Positions 53,781 to 64,000 of a DNA stretch of 64,000 nt are shown one piece after another. Origin of the DNA: Eledone cirrhosa. Lineage: Eukaryota. The notes beneath the pieces were generated by a model. That model saw only the letters and a list, made by a program, of their open reading frames with translations, was not told where the DNA came from and did not search any database. The DNA is taken from contig OZ024749.1 in the NCBI GenBank assembly GCA_964016885.1, positions 26,040,001 through 26,104,000 on the forward strand. Reading direction: 5' to 3'. Every line of letters starts with the position of its first letter. Within the stretch, counting starts at the first letter, position 1. Both the position numbers and the translations under genes were made by a program.

Positions 53781-56054
53781 TCTCAGATGAAGGATCAGTG
53801 GTGGAGTGAGAAGGCTGGTGAGATACAAACTGCGTCTGATTGCAATAACACAAAGCTGTTGTACAGTCTCTTGCGTGAGGTTTATGGACCGTCTTCTTCT
53901 CTGGTGACACCGATTCGCAGCAAGGATGGCAAAGAACTTCTTCGTGACTCACAGGGAATTCTACGAAGGTGGCGAGAGCACTTTGATGATCTTTTGAATC
54001 AGCCGTCTGTCGTCAGTGAAGATTTCCTCAATCTCATTCCGGAAAGTCCTGTGAAAGTAGCTCTCGCAGAACCTCCGACACTTGTGGAGGTTGCAGTGGC
54101 TATTTCGAAGCTGAACAGTGGAAGATCTCCAGGTATGGATGGCATACATGCTGAGCTCCTACAATATGGTGGTGAGAGACTCCTGCAACATCTTCACTCT
54201 CAGTTTGGAAGGATATGGGCTAATGAATCCGTGCCTGAGGACTGGAGAGATGCAGTAATGGTGGTCTTGTACAAGGGAAAGGGTAACAGGAATGATTGTG
54301 GGAACTACAGAGGTATATCATTGCTTTCTGTCGTGGGGAAAGTTTTATGTAGGGTGCTTCTGGACCGTCTGCTGACACACATTGCAGATTGTGTCCTTCC
54401 TGAAAGTCAATCTGGTTTTCGTGTTGGACGCGGCACTACTGATATGATCTTCTCAGCTAGACAGCTCCAGGAGAAGTGCATTGAACAGGGCTTGGATCTG
54501 TATCAGGTTTTTGTCGATCTGACAAAGGCTTTCGATACTGTCAACAGAGATGCATTATGGAAGGTTCTCCAGAAACTTGGTTGCCCTGATAAGTTCCTTG
54601 CTTTAGTTAGGTCTTTCCATGACGACATGAGGGCTTGGGTTAATGTCGGAGGTAACATGTCGGAGCCTATCTCAGTAAAAAATGGAGTGAAACAGGGGGA
54701 TATTCCAGCACCGACCCTGTTTGCCATATACTTTGCAATGGTTTTCTGTATTGCATTCAGGAATTGCGAGCATGGTGTTTACATCCGATATCGAACCTCA
54801 GGCAGCATATTTAACATCAGGCGCTTTGCTGCGAAGACAAAAGTATTTACATCAGTCATAAGAGACCTCTTGTATGCAGATGATTGCGATCTTGTAGCGC
54901 ACACAGAGAGTGATATGCAGCACATTTTGAATGTATTTTCTGACGCTTGCACTGCCCTGGGTTTGACTGTCAGTCTCAAGAAAACCGTCGTCATGTACCA
55001 ACCTGCACCTGGTAGGCAGTACACTGAACCAAACATCTATGTGTATGGCAAACGACTTGGAGTGGTTGATCAGTTTGTCTACCTGGGAAGCACTGTCAAT
55101 CGATACGGCAACCTTGACAGTGAAATCTCACTTAGGATTAGGAAAGCAAGTGATGCTTTCGGAAAGCTAGAAAGGCGACTCTGGGGTCGGCGAGACATAT
55201 GCAGGAGGACAAAGGTAAGGGTGTACAGGGCATGTGTACTCTCTTGTCTTCTTTATGCCTGCGAGACCTGGGTCACATATCGACGCCACCTTAAGCAATT
55301 GGAGCGTTTCCATCAGATGTGTCTCAGACGGATACATGGCGTTCACTGGAGGGACCACATCAGTGATGTCGAGATTTTGGAAAGCTCTATGTGTGACAGT
55401 ATAGAAGCTCTTGTGCTTAAGCAGCGACTCCGTTGGAGTGGTCACCTTGCCAGGATGAAGGATTCTAGAATACCAAAACAACTCTTCTATGGAGAGTTGG
55501 TTAAAGGAAAACGACCGCCACATAAACCAAAAAAGAGGTATAAGGATTCCTTGAAAGCCTCTCTGAAAGACGCTAACATCTCTGCTGATACATGGGAAAA
55601 TATTGCTGCTGATCGTAATAAATGGAGAAAGACTGTATATGAGGGAAAAGTTGCCTTTGAGGCATCTCGAATCGCACACGAGAAAGTAAAGCGGGACGTG
55701 AGGAAGGGTATTGCTGTTGCACTTCCAGACGGCGAGGGTCCTCCTATGTTTCTGACATGCAGCGTCTGTGCGAGACTCTGCCTAAGCAAAGCTGGACTCG
55801 AAAGTCATCTTCGCAGTCATAAAGTAAGACCAGTGGTTGACTACCAGGCTGCTGTTGGAGATGCTACTCATCATGCTTGCCAAACATGTGGTAGAGAATG
55901 TAAATCAGCAGGAGGACTCAAGCGACATGCAAAAGTACACGAACTCCAACCACAGCCGACTATTCCCAGTAAATGTTTTGGTTGCCGACTCTGTGCAAGA
56001 CATTTTAGATCATTGGCTGGGCTAAAAAGCCACATTCGATCGCAGCACTGTTAG
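53781..56054 (+). CDS. RTE reverse transcriptase ORF (endonuclease lost by truncation) with three C-terminal C2H2 zinc fingers
   Basis: [64 protein letters not shown]; fingers CSVC..HLRSH, CQTC..HAKVH, CRLC..HIRSQH. Confidence 0.9.
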   Translation, partial: SQMKDQWWSEKAGEIQTASDCNNTKLLYSLLREVYGPSSSLVTPIRSKDGKELLRDSQGILRRWREHFDDLLNQPSVVSEDFLNLIPESPVKVALAEPPTLVEVAVAISKLNSGRSPGMDGIHAELLQYGGERLLQHLHSQFGRIWANESVPEDWRDAVMVVLYKGKGNRNDCGNYRGISLLSVVGKVLCRVLLDRLLTHIADCVLPESQSGFRVGRGTTDMIFSARQLQEKCIEQGLDLYQVFVDLTKAFDTVNRDALWKVLQKLGCPDKFLALVRSFHDDMRAWVNVGGNMSEPISVKNGVKQGDIPAPTLFAIYFAMVFCIAFRNCEHGVYIRYRTSGSIFNIRRFAAKTKVFTSVIRDLLYADDCDLVAHTESDMQHILNVFSDACTALGLTVSLKKTVVMYQPAPGRQYTEPNIYVYGKRLGVVDQFVYLGSTVNRYGNLDSEISLRIRKASDAFGKLERRLWGRRDICRRTKVRVYRACVLSCLLYACETWVTYRRHLKQLERFHQMCLRRIHGVHWRDHISDVEILESSMCDSIEALVLKQRLRWSGHLARMKDSRIPKQLFYGELVKGKRPPHKPKKRYKDSLKASLKDANISADTWENIAADRNKWRKTVYEGKVAFEASRIAHEKVKRDVRKGIAVALPDGEGPPMFLTCSVCARLCLSKAGLESHLRSHKVRPVVDYQAAVGDATHHACQTCGRECKSAGGLKRHAKVHELQPQPTIPSKCFGCRLCARHFRSLAGLKSHIRSQHC

Positions 56055-56062
56055 TTGCTATC

Positions 56063-56100
<38 letters not shown>

Positions 56101-56179
56101 GCTTATGTGCGTGCGTGTGTGTGTATATATATATGAATATGTATATTATTATTGTTGTTGTCGTTATTATTATTATTGC

Positions 56180-56231
<52 letters not shown>

Positions 56232-56353
56232 GTTATTAATGTATGTGTGTATATATGTGTGAGTGTATGTGTATGTATGTGTGTGTGTATATATGTATGT
56301 ATATGTATGTATGTGTGTGTGTATATATATGTGTATATATATATGTATGTATA

Positions 56354-56386
<33 letters not shown>

Positions 56387-56408
56387 CTTTTCCCTTTTTT
56401 TTTTTTTT

Positions 56409-56468
<60 letters not shown>

Positions 56469-56575
56469 TTTTATTTTTTTTTATTTTTATTTTTTTTTTA
56501 TTTTTATTTTTTTTTTTTTTTTTTTTTTTTTTATTGTGCAATGGCCATACTCGATAACGAGGTGGCAGCCATCAT
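53781..56575 (+). mobile_element. 5'-truncated RTE-clade (BovB-like) LINE
   Basis: Uninterrupted RT ORF to 56054, then a microsatellite-rich 3' UTR ending in ggccatactcgataacgaggtggcagccatcat (3' end placement is inferred). Confidence 0.9.
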
Positions 56576-56628
56576 ATATATATGTATATATATATGTATG
56601 TATATATGTATATATATATGTATATATA

Positions 56629-58652
56629 TTTTTTTTCTCTCTCTCCCTTTCGTCTGCGACTTCACAAAACTTATGTTTACCGAATTCGTAGACCAGACCT
56701 CTTCTTCTTCTTCTTCTTCTTCTTCTTCTTCTTCTTCTTCTTCTTCTTCTTCTTTTTCTTCTTCTTCTTCTTCTTCTTCTTCTTCTTCTTCTTCTTCTTC
56801 TTCTTCTTCTTTTTCTTCCCCCCCGTTAGACCTGTGCGAAATTCCTTCCTTGCTCACATTTCAACCAGGTTTGATGGTCTTTTGTCTCTTGTTCACGATT
56901 TCACCGAGTTTATATTCATAGAGATCTGGGACTTGTCTATTTCTTCTCACTTTCCGTTGCTTAAACCATTTTGTTTGTTACCCTAACGTCCCCTTTATTT
57001 ACGTGTCCCAACGACTTTTTTTAGCCGTTGTTCGCACCAACCTGAGGCATATGGCCCTTAAAGCGATGAAATGCCTGGGACGGTTGGAGGGTCACTGATG
57101 AAGGACTTACTTTTTCATATTCACCACCATTTGCAACGCGCAGCCATCATTATTATCATATTTACACATAATTTTTCTTCTGCTGACACCCCTCTGTTTC
57201 GTTCTTTGTACCTTTTACCCTTTCTCGTTCTTTGTACCTTTTACCCTTTCTAGCAGTCTCTCTCTCTGTTAGCCTCCTCCTCAACTTTCACTCACTCATT
57301 CTCTGTCACTACCTCTCCTCCTCCTCTTTCCTCCTCCTCCTTCAAGTTTGACCTGTGTGTAATTCTTTTCTCGCGTGGTCTTGGTCAAGCTGGTATGGAA
57401 TTTTTTTCTCTCTCTCTCTTTCGTCTGCGACTTCACAAAACTTATGTTTACCGAATTCGTAGACCAGACCTCTTATTCTTCTTCTTCTTCTTCTTCTTCT
57501 TCTTCTTCTTCTTCTTCTTCTTCTTCTTCTTCTTCTTCTTCTTCTTCTTCTTCTTCTTTTTCTCCCCCCCCCCCGTTAGACCTGTGCGAAATTCCTTCCT
57601 CGCTCACATTTCAACCAGGTTTGATGGTCTTTTGTCTCTTGTTCACGATTTCACCGAGTTTATATTCATAGAGATCTGGGACTTGTCTATTTCTTCTCAC
57701 TTTCCGTTGCTTAAACCATTTTGTTTGTTACCCTAACGTCCCCTTTACTTACGTGTCCCAACGACTTTTTTTAGCCGTTGTTCGCACCAACCTGAGGCAT
57801 ATGGCCCTTAAAGCGATGAAATGCCTGGGACGGTTGGAGGGTCACTGATGAAGGACTTACTTTTTCATATGCACCACCATTTGCAACGCGCAGCCATCAT
57901 TATTATCATATTTACACAATTTTTCTTCTGCTGCCACCCCTCTGTTTCGTTCTTTGTACCTTTTACCCTTTCTCGTTCTTTGTACCTTTTACCCTTTCTA
58001 GCAGTCTCTCTCTCTGTTAGCCTCCTCCTCAACTTTCACTCACTCATTCTCTGTCACTACCACTTCTCCTCCTCTTTCCTCCTCCTCCTTCAAGTTTGAC
58101 CTGTGTGTAATTCTTTTCTCGCGCGGTCTTCGTCAAGCTGGTATGAAATTTTTTTCTCTCTCTCTCTTTCGTCTGCGACTTCACAAAACTTATGTTTACC
58201 GAATTCGTAGACCAGACCTCTTGTTCTTCTTCTTCTTCTTCTTCTTCTTCTTCTTCTTCTTCTTCTTCTTCTTCTTCTTCTTCTTCTTCTTCTTCTTCTT
58301 CTTTTTCTTCCCCCCCGTTAGACCTGTGCGAAATTCCTTCCTTGCTCACATTTCAACCAGGTTTGATGGTCTTTTGTCTCTTGTTCACGATTTCACCGAG
58401 TTTATATTCATAGAGATCTGGGACTTGTCTATTTCTTCTCACTTTCCGTTGCTTAAACCATTTTGTTTGTTACCCTAACGTCCCCTTTATTTACGTGTCC
58501 CAACGACTTTTTTTAGCCGTTGTTCGCACCAACTTAAGGCATATGGCCCTTAAAGCGATGAAATGCCTGGGACGGTTGGAGGGTCACTAATGAAGGACTT
58601 ACTTTTTCATATGCACCACCATTTGCAACGCGCAGCCATCATTATTATCATA
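56629..58652 (+). repeat. About 745-bp tandem repeat, 2.7 copies, with internal (TTC)n
   Basis: cgtctgcgac at 56651, 57422 and 58170; gcagccatcat at 57140, 57890 and 58632. Confidence 0.95.
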
Positions 58653-58752
58653 TTTATATATATGTATATATATATGTATATATATATGTATATATATATA
58701 TGTATATATATGTATATATATGTATAGATATATATGTGTAAATATATATGTG

Positions 58753-58799
<47 letters not shown>

Positions 58800-58800
<1 letters not shown>

Positions 58801-60624
58801 ATGGAAAAATTTGAACAGGAACAAAACAGAGAGGCAGTACAACGAATGTTTATTAATTTCACGCTCTGGAGAGTGGGGTGTTGGGGGGGAACGACGTTTC
58901 GGGCATAAGCCCTTCCTCGGGTGAGAAGTGTGTGGGAACAGAGTTCAAAGGGTGTGAAGGGGAGTGGTGGAGAGACATATAGCGAAAGGAAACGGTGCGA
59001 ATGAAATTAAAAATAAAAATAAAAATAAAAATAAATCATGATCAAAATACAAGGAATGAAATAAATTTAAATATAAAAGCATGATCAAAATAAACTGAAA
59101 TTAAAAGGGGGGTAAAACAGGTGGTGGAAGGGTGTGGGGTGTGTAGGGGTGGTGGCGGGTGGAGTGGGGAGAGGGAGACGGGGTGTCCGAGCGGGGAGGG
59201 CTGAAGGTGGTGTGTGTGTGTAGGTGTGTGTGTGTGTGTGTATGTGAAAGTAAGGGTTGGGGGAAGAACGGGGTTGCATGTTCAGGAAGAGGTGTGTGTG
59301 GGGGTTTGTAGGTCGGAGTGTCTGTGCGTGTGTGGATAGATGGGTGGGGGGAGAGGAATCAGGAGGCTGAGGGTGTAAATATGTGGTGGAAAGCACGTGT
59401 GTGTGGGGTTTAAGCGTGTTGTGGGTGTAGGTGGCGTGTGGAGAAAAAATTTTTTGGGGGGTGTGTGTGGGGGTGAGTTATATAGGTGATTACGTAAGAG
59501 GATGGTTGAAAAGTTGGTAAAATCCGATGATGTTTAGTGGATTATGTGCTGGTCAAGTTCTCCGTACGAGTATTCCATGAAGCGATGGTCGGAAGAGGAG
59601 AGATGTGGGGTGCGCGCGCAACAGGAAGTGGTCAAGCAGTGGGAGTGCTGTGTGTCTGTTTGTGCTGGGAGGTGGTCAGAGGGAATAGTAGCAGTCGGTG
59701 GAATGGTAAAGGGGCGAGGATGGGTAGGTGTGAAAGTTGGAGTGAGGAGGGTGTGTGTGTGTGTATTAGTAGAGGTGTTAGTGGGATGAGTGAGTGTGGA
59801 GAAAGGGTGTGGGTGGAGCGGGGAGAGAAGGGTGTGTGTAGTTCTATGGAGGGAGTGTGGTGTACTGGTGTGTGTGTAGTTTGATGAAGGGGTGTTAGTA
59901 TACGGGAGGTGGGGAGGGGTTGAATGCAGGTGTGAGTGGGGGTTAGTGGTGGTAGGGCGTGTAGAGTTGGTGGTGTACAAGGGTGTGTGGGTACGTGTGC
60001 GTGGGGTTGGGGGGTGTTAGTGATGTTATTTGCGTGTGGGGTGGGTGGTGTAAGTGGGTGCGTGTGTTCGTGTGCTTGGGGTCAGCAGGTGTTAGTGAGG
60101 TTAGTTGCGGGGTGGTGGGATGGAGGTGTGGGGGTGAGAGGTGTGGGGTGGGGGTTAGTGGTGGTAGTAGGGTGTGTGTTTAGTGTGAGCGCGTGTATAT
60201 ATGTGCCGGTGGGTGTGTGCGTGTGATAAGGAGGGGGGAGGAGGAGAAGAAGGGAGGGATGTTAGTATGTTAGTTGGGGAAGGGTGGTTAGATGAGGGGT
60301 GGAGTGGAGGTGTTAGTATTGTTAGTTGTGGGGTGGGCGGTGAAAAGGAGGGGTGTGTTAGTGGTGTTAGTGGGGGATAAGTGTGGGGAGGGGGGGGGGG
60401 GGGGTCGAAGGCTAAAGGAATAAGGGTGGGGAGTTCAGGCCGGGGGGAGTGTGGGTCTGTAAGATGAAGATAGTTCTTTGTTCGACTTTAAGGCGATTGG
60501 CGGGTGTTCCGTGGCACTGGAGTAGGCCACAGACTGTGAGATGGCGTGCGGAATGTCCAGGGCCACCAAAGTGGCGGGCGATGGGGGAACTACCCCCGAG
60601 ACGAATATCCCGGAGGTGCTCAGT
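58800..60624 (-). mobile_element. 3' part of a Penelope-like element (GIY-YIG C-terminus, CA-rich spacer, hammerhead)
   Basis: Minus strand 60430-60622 translates, with frameshifts, to [45 protein letters not shown], the typical PLE endonuclease end. Confidence 0.75.
58891..58922 (-). ncRNA. Minimal hammerhead motif, family D (U4->C variant)
   Basis: ac CCGAGGA a gggc-ttat-gccc GAAA cg TC gt. Stem I is weak. Confidence 0.55.
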
Positions 60625-60637
60625 ATATATATATATG

Positions 60638-60682
<45 letters not shown>

Positions 60683-60705
60683 GTATATATATATATATGT
60701 ATATA

Positions 60706-60742
<37 letters not shown>

Positions 60743-60748
60743 ATATAT

Positions 60749-60779
<31 letters not shown>

Positions 60780-60850
60780 ATATGTATGCATATATATGTA
60801 TGTATATATATATGTATGTATATATATATATATATGTATGTATATATATA

Positions 60851-60923
<73 letters not shown>

Positions 60924-61395
60924 TGTATACGTGATTGTACCGTTAAAATACATGAATGTCATGACTTATTACGTGCAGGTCTCGTAGTTTCCATGGGTAT
61001 TGAGATAACTGACTCTGGCAACTAATAACTTTCTTCATTATTGCTGGAATATTATGGAAACGGCAAAGATCAATACATGGCTGCATTACAAAATGTGTAT
61101 TGATCAGGCAGGTATTATTGACCAGCAAGGTTTAGACCAAGGCATTTAGTGACCAGGGAAGATGGCCGTTCATATAAAACACAGCCATCAACACATACAC
61201 ACTATCTGTTGCCCACATTACGGCATTACAGGTCAATATTTGAATACTGTATGTGTATGTATATATGCATATATATATATAGAGAGAGAGAGATATATTG
61301 AGAGATAGGTGGAGATAGATGGATAGATTTATGTATATATATATATGTATATATATATATGTATATATATATTTATATGTATATATGTATATATG

Positions 61396-61448
<53 letters not shown>

Positions 61449-61618
61449 GTATATGTATATATGTATATATGTATATATGTATATATATATATGTATATAT
61501 ATACACGCACATATGTGTATATATATGTATATATATACACGCACATATGTGTATATATATGTATATATATACACACATATATGTATATATATACACACAT
61601 ATATGTATATATATATAG

Positions 61619-61682
<64 letters not shown>

Positions 61683-61765
61683 ATATATATGTATATATAT
61701 ACACGCACATATGTGTATATATATGTGTATATATACACACATATATGTATATATATATGTATATG
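60625..61765. repeat. (TA)n/(TATG)n tracts around a ~320-bp unassigned island
   Basis: Direct reading. Confidence 0.85.
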
Positions 61766-62115
61766 TCTGTCACTCATTAAAATGTATGCACACAATTATA
61801 CATATACACACATAAATACGAACCGTTTCCTATTCCAGTCATGATAGGATAGAAACAAATAAATAAATAAATTAAAGAAACGCGCAGATACATATACGTA
61901 CACCCATTACACAGATACATATGTATTACACACACATAATACACACACATTCAAACACATACATGTATATACATACAATATTCACACATACAATACACAC
62001 ACTCACACAATACATTCGTACATTGAGACGTGAATGGTGACCGGATAATTAAAGGTCGTGCGTATGTATGTTAAAAGATGGTAGTTAGTAAGCGAAAGGC
62101 AAATCTTTTCTGTGA

Positions 62116-62212
62116 TACTTTATTTTATTGACACTGTAAGGTTGAAAGGCATAGTTAACCTCGGCAGGATTTAAACATAGAAGGTACAGAGCTGAAATAA
62201 ATACTGCGAAGC
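62116..62212 (-). mobile_element. Diverged SINE fragment
   Basis: tactttattttattgac..gaaaggcatagttaacctcggcaggattt matches the other SINE copies. Confidence 0.65.
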
Positions 62213-62480
62213 CCTATTTAATAGACATTCGTTCATTCTACATCTTATTCTTACTGATTCATCTTGTGTGCATGTGTTTCTACATATATATATAAAGAAT
62301 TAGTATATCTACCAACATATATATATACAGATGTATACCTATGCTAGCAGATATATAGGTTTTGTCTTAGTAACTTTGTGGTTCAATACCAGGAGATGCA
62401 GAACAATTATATGAAAGACGTAAAATAAGAAAATTATAAAAATTGACTTACTAAAATAGTTTTCTTATTTTACGTGTTTC

Positions 62481-62584
<104 letters not shown>

Positions 62585-62624
62585 AATAAATAAGTCAAAT
62601 GTTTAAAATTTGGCTTCGTTTATT

Positions 62625-62679
62625 ACTGCTATATATATTTCGGTGACAGCCATCTTTGGCTGTGACCTCTTCAGGCAGT
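62625..62679 (-). ncRNA. Minimal type I hammerhead ribozyme, family B copy 2
   Basis: Minus strand: actgc CTGAAGA ggtcacagcca-aaga-tggctgtcacc GAAA tatata TA gcagt. Core intact, stem II 10 of 11 paired. Confidence 0.88.
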
Positions 62680-62797
62680 CCGAATTAGTGTGGTAGAGAC
62701 GAGTACACATGCTGTTGAGGTGTTTAACTTTGTCAATACTCTGATATGACCAGTTCCTGGTTGGGTTGTTATTTCACTGAGGAACTGGAATCATTGG

Positions 62798-62862
62798 TCT
62801 TTATTCTTTTACGATTTTACCTGTTCCAGACATCTGGCTGCGGCCATGCTGGGGTACCACCC
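62798..62862. mobile_element. Fragment of a second octopus-type SINE
   Basis: tctttt..tgttccagacatctggctgcggccatgctggggtaccacc resembles a common octopus repeat end (from recall, unverified). Confidence 0.45.
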
Positions 62863-62869
62863 ATGTTAC

Positions 62870-63031
62870 TACACATCCTATATCTAGCCTGTGTTGGCTG
62901 GCCATTGGTGTAAGAGGGGGTTCGTTGATCTTGCGCTTAGGTTACCTTCGTTCCCTGCCGTGGGCTCATCTGGGATCCTGGATAGCACAGTGGCAATTTG
63001 TTTCTTGATAACATCAACGTCCACATCATAT
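62870..63031 (-). pseudogene. CR1-like LINE C-terminal fragment
   Basis: DVDVIKKQIATVLSRIPDEP..ARSTN resembles the FKxxLDxxLxxIPDEP motif. Confidence 0.45.
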
Positions 63032-63240
63032 TGATCTCTCAAATCGGAGACGTAGCGGCTCTACCTGGAGTGACTCTCTGATCTCCGAGCTACATATCTG
63101 TCCAGTGATTCTTTCCTGAGACATTCTAACCACATGTCCATAGTATCAGAGCTGTGATCTCTCAAATCGGAGACGTAGCGGCTCTACCTGGAGTGACTCT
63201 CTGATCTCCGAGCTACGCACTTTGTCGAGTGACGTTACTC
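63032..63240 (-). pseudogene. RTE LINE fragment with internal ~60-bp duplication
   Basis: KVRSSEIRESLQVEPLRLRFERSQL*YYGHVVRMSQER; direct repeat 63032-63093 / 63156-63216. Confidence 0.65.
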
Positions 63241-63968
63241 CAAAGACTCTAAAAATCAGTGAAATTATTCGACATACTGCGTTGAAGATCAATTTTTCAT
63301 GCGAAGATATTGACTATAAATAATTACCATAAGATAGAATGAAATAAAAATTAACGCTTTCCTATACATCAGAGTCTTATCCCGGCTGAGTTTTATGTCA
63401 TTCACATCCAATAATAAAACTAGTGAAAATATAGTTAAGCACGAACAGGAGGGATAATTCTAAAGAGAGAAAGGATTATCTAATATCGGTAATGACTCTG
63501 ACATATGCGACCAAATCAATAGTTTATGTATAAATTATAGACACAGCATCAATATAAAGAATTAGACAGTTTATGCCTTAAGTAAATTGGTATTTAATGT
63601 CTACTAGTCTGGCTAGACAATCTTAGATTATTTCAGAAAGTAATTCGTCTCTCAGATACAAAGTTTGTTCAATGTTCTTGGTGTTGTTGTTGTAGTTGTT
63701 TTTCGATATGTTTGTTTGTATTTTTTATTTTATTTTTGCTTTGTTTTTGTATTTGGTTTTGGGGGGTTTATTTGTTTTGGTTTTGTTTTGTTGGTTGTCT
63801 TTTTTTTTTGTTATACAAATGTTAGAAGTTCTTAATTTAATCCAATCATTTGCGCACAACCGATTAAATTAAAATACAGACACAGCACGGTCGAGTACAC
63901 GTAAACCTACACACACACATGAATATATATATATTTACACACACATATATTTGTATATGTATATATAT

Positions 63969-64000
<32 letters not shown>

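Noticed and set aside
57845-57870. CTGATGA in the 745-bp repeat as a hammerhead core
   Set aside because: No stem II plus GAAA follows it, there is no stem I in a permuted form, and it is mutated in the third copy. A twister fit nearby also failed at the conserved junction.
60920-61250. Non-repetitive island as a possible exon
   Set aside because: No recognisable motif or supported ORF, so it is left unassigned.

Overview
Eukaryotic, repeat-dominated DNA with no recognisable host gene; the SINEs and dense (TA)n/(CA)n/(GA)n tracts suggest an octopus or related cephalopod (inference). Positions 1-22.7 kb are a 60-bp minisatellite with higher-order duplications, and its multi-kb ORFs are best read as repeat artefacts. 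The rest holds simple repeats, two head-to-tail full-length Tx1-type LINEs (one intact) sitting in (GATA)n, a 5'-truncated RTE LINE with three C-terminal C2H2 fingers, RTE-ended non-autonomous repeats, SINEs and several Penelope-like element (PLE) remnants. The main hidden signal is a set of minimal type I hammerhead ribozyme motifs from several unrelated families, most with a palindromic stem III. They often lie in inverted-repeat structures, including a divergent double-hammerhead cassette at 51.8-52.4 kb. All calls were made by eye, without folding software or database searches.
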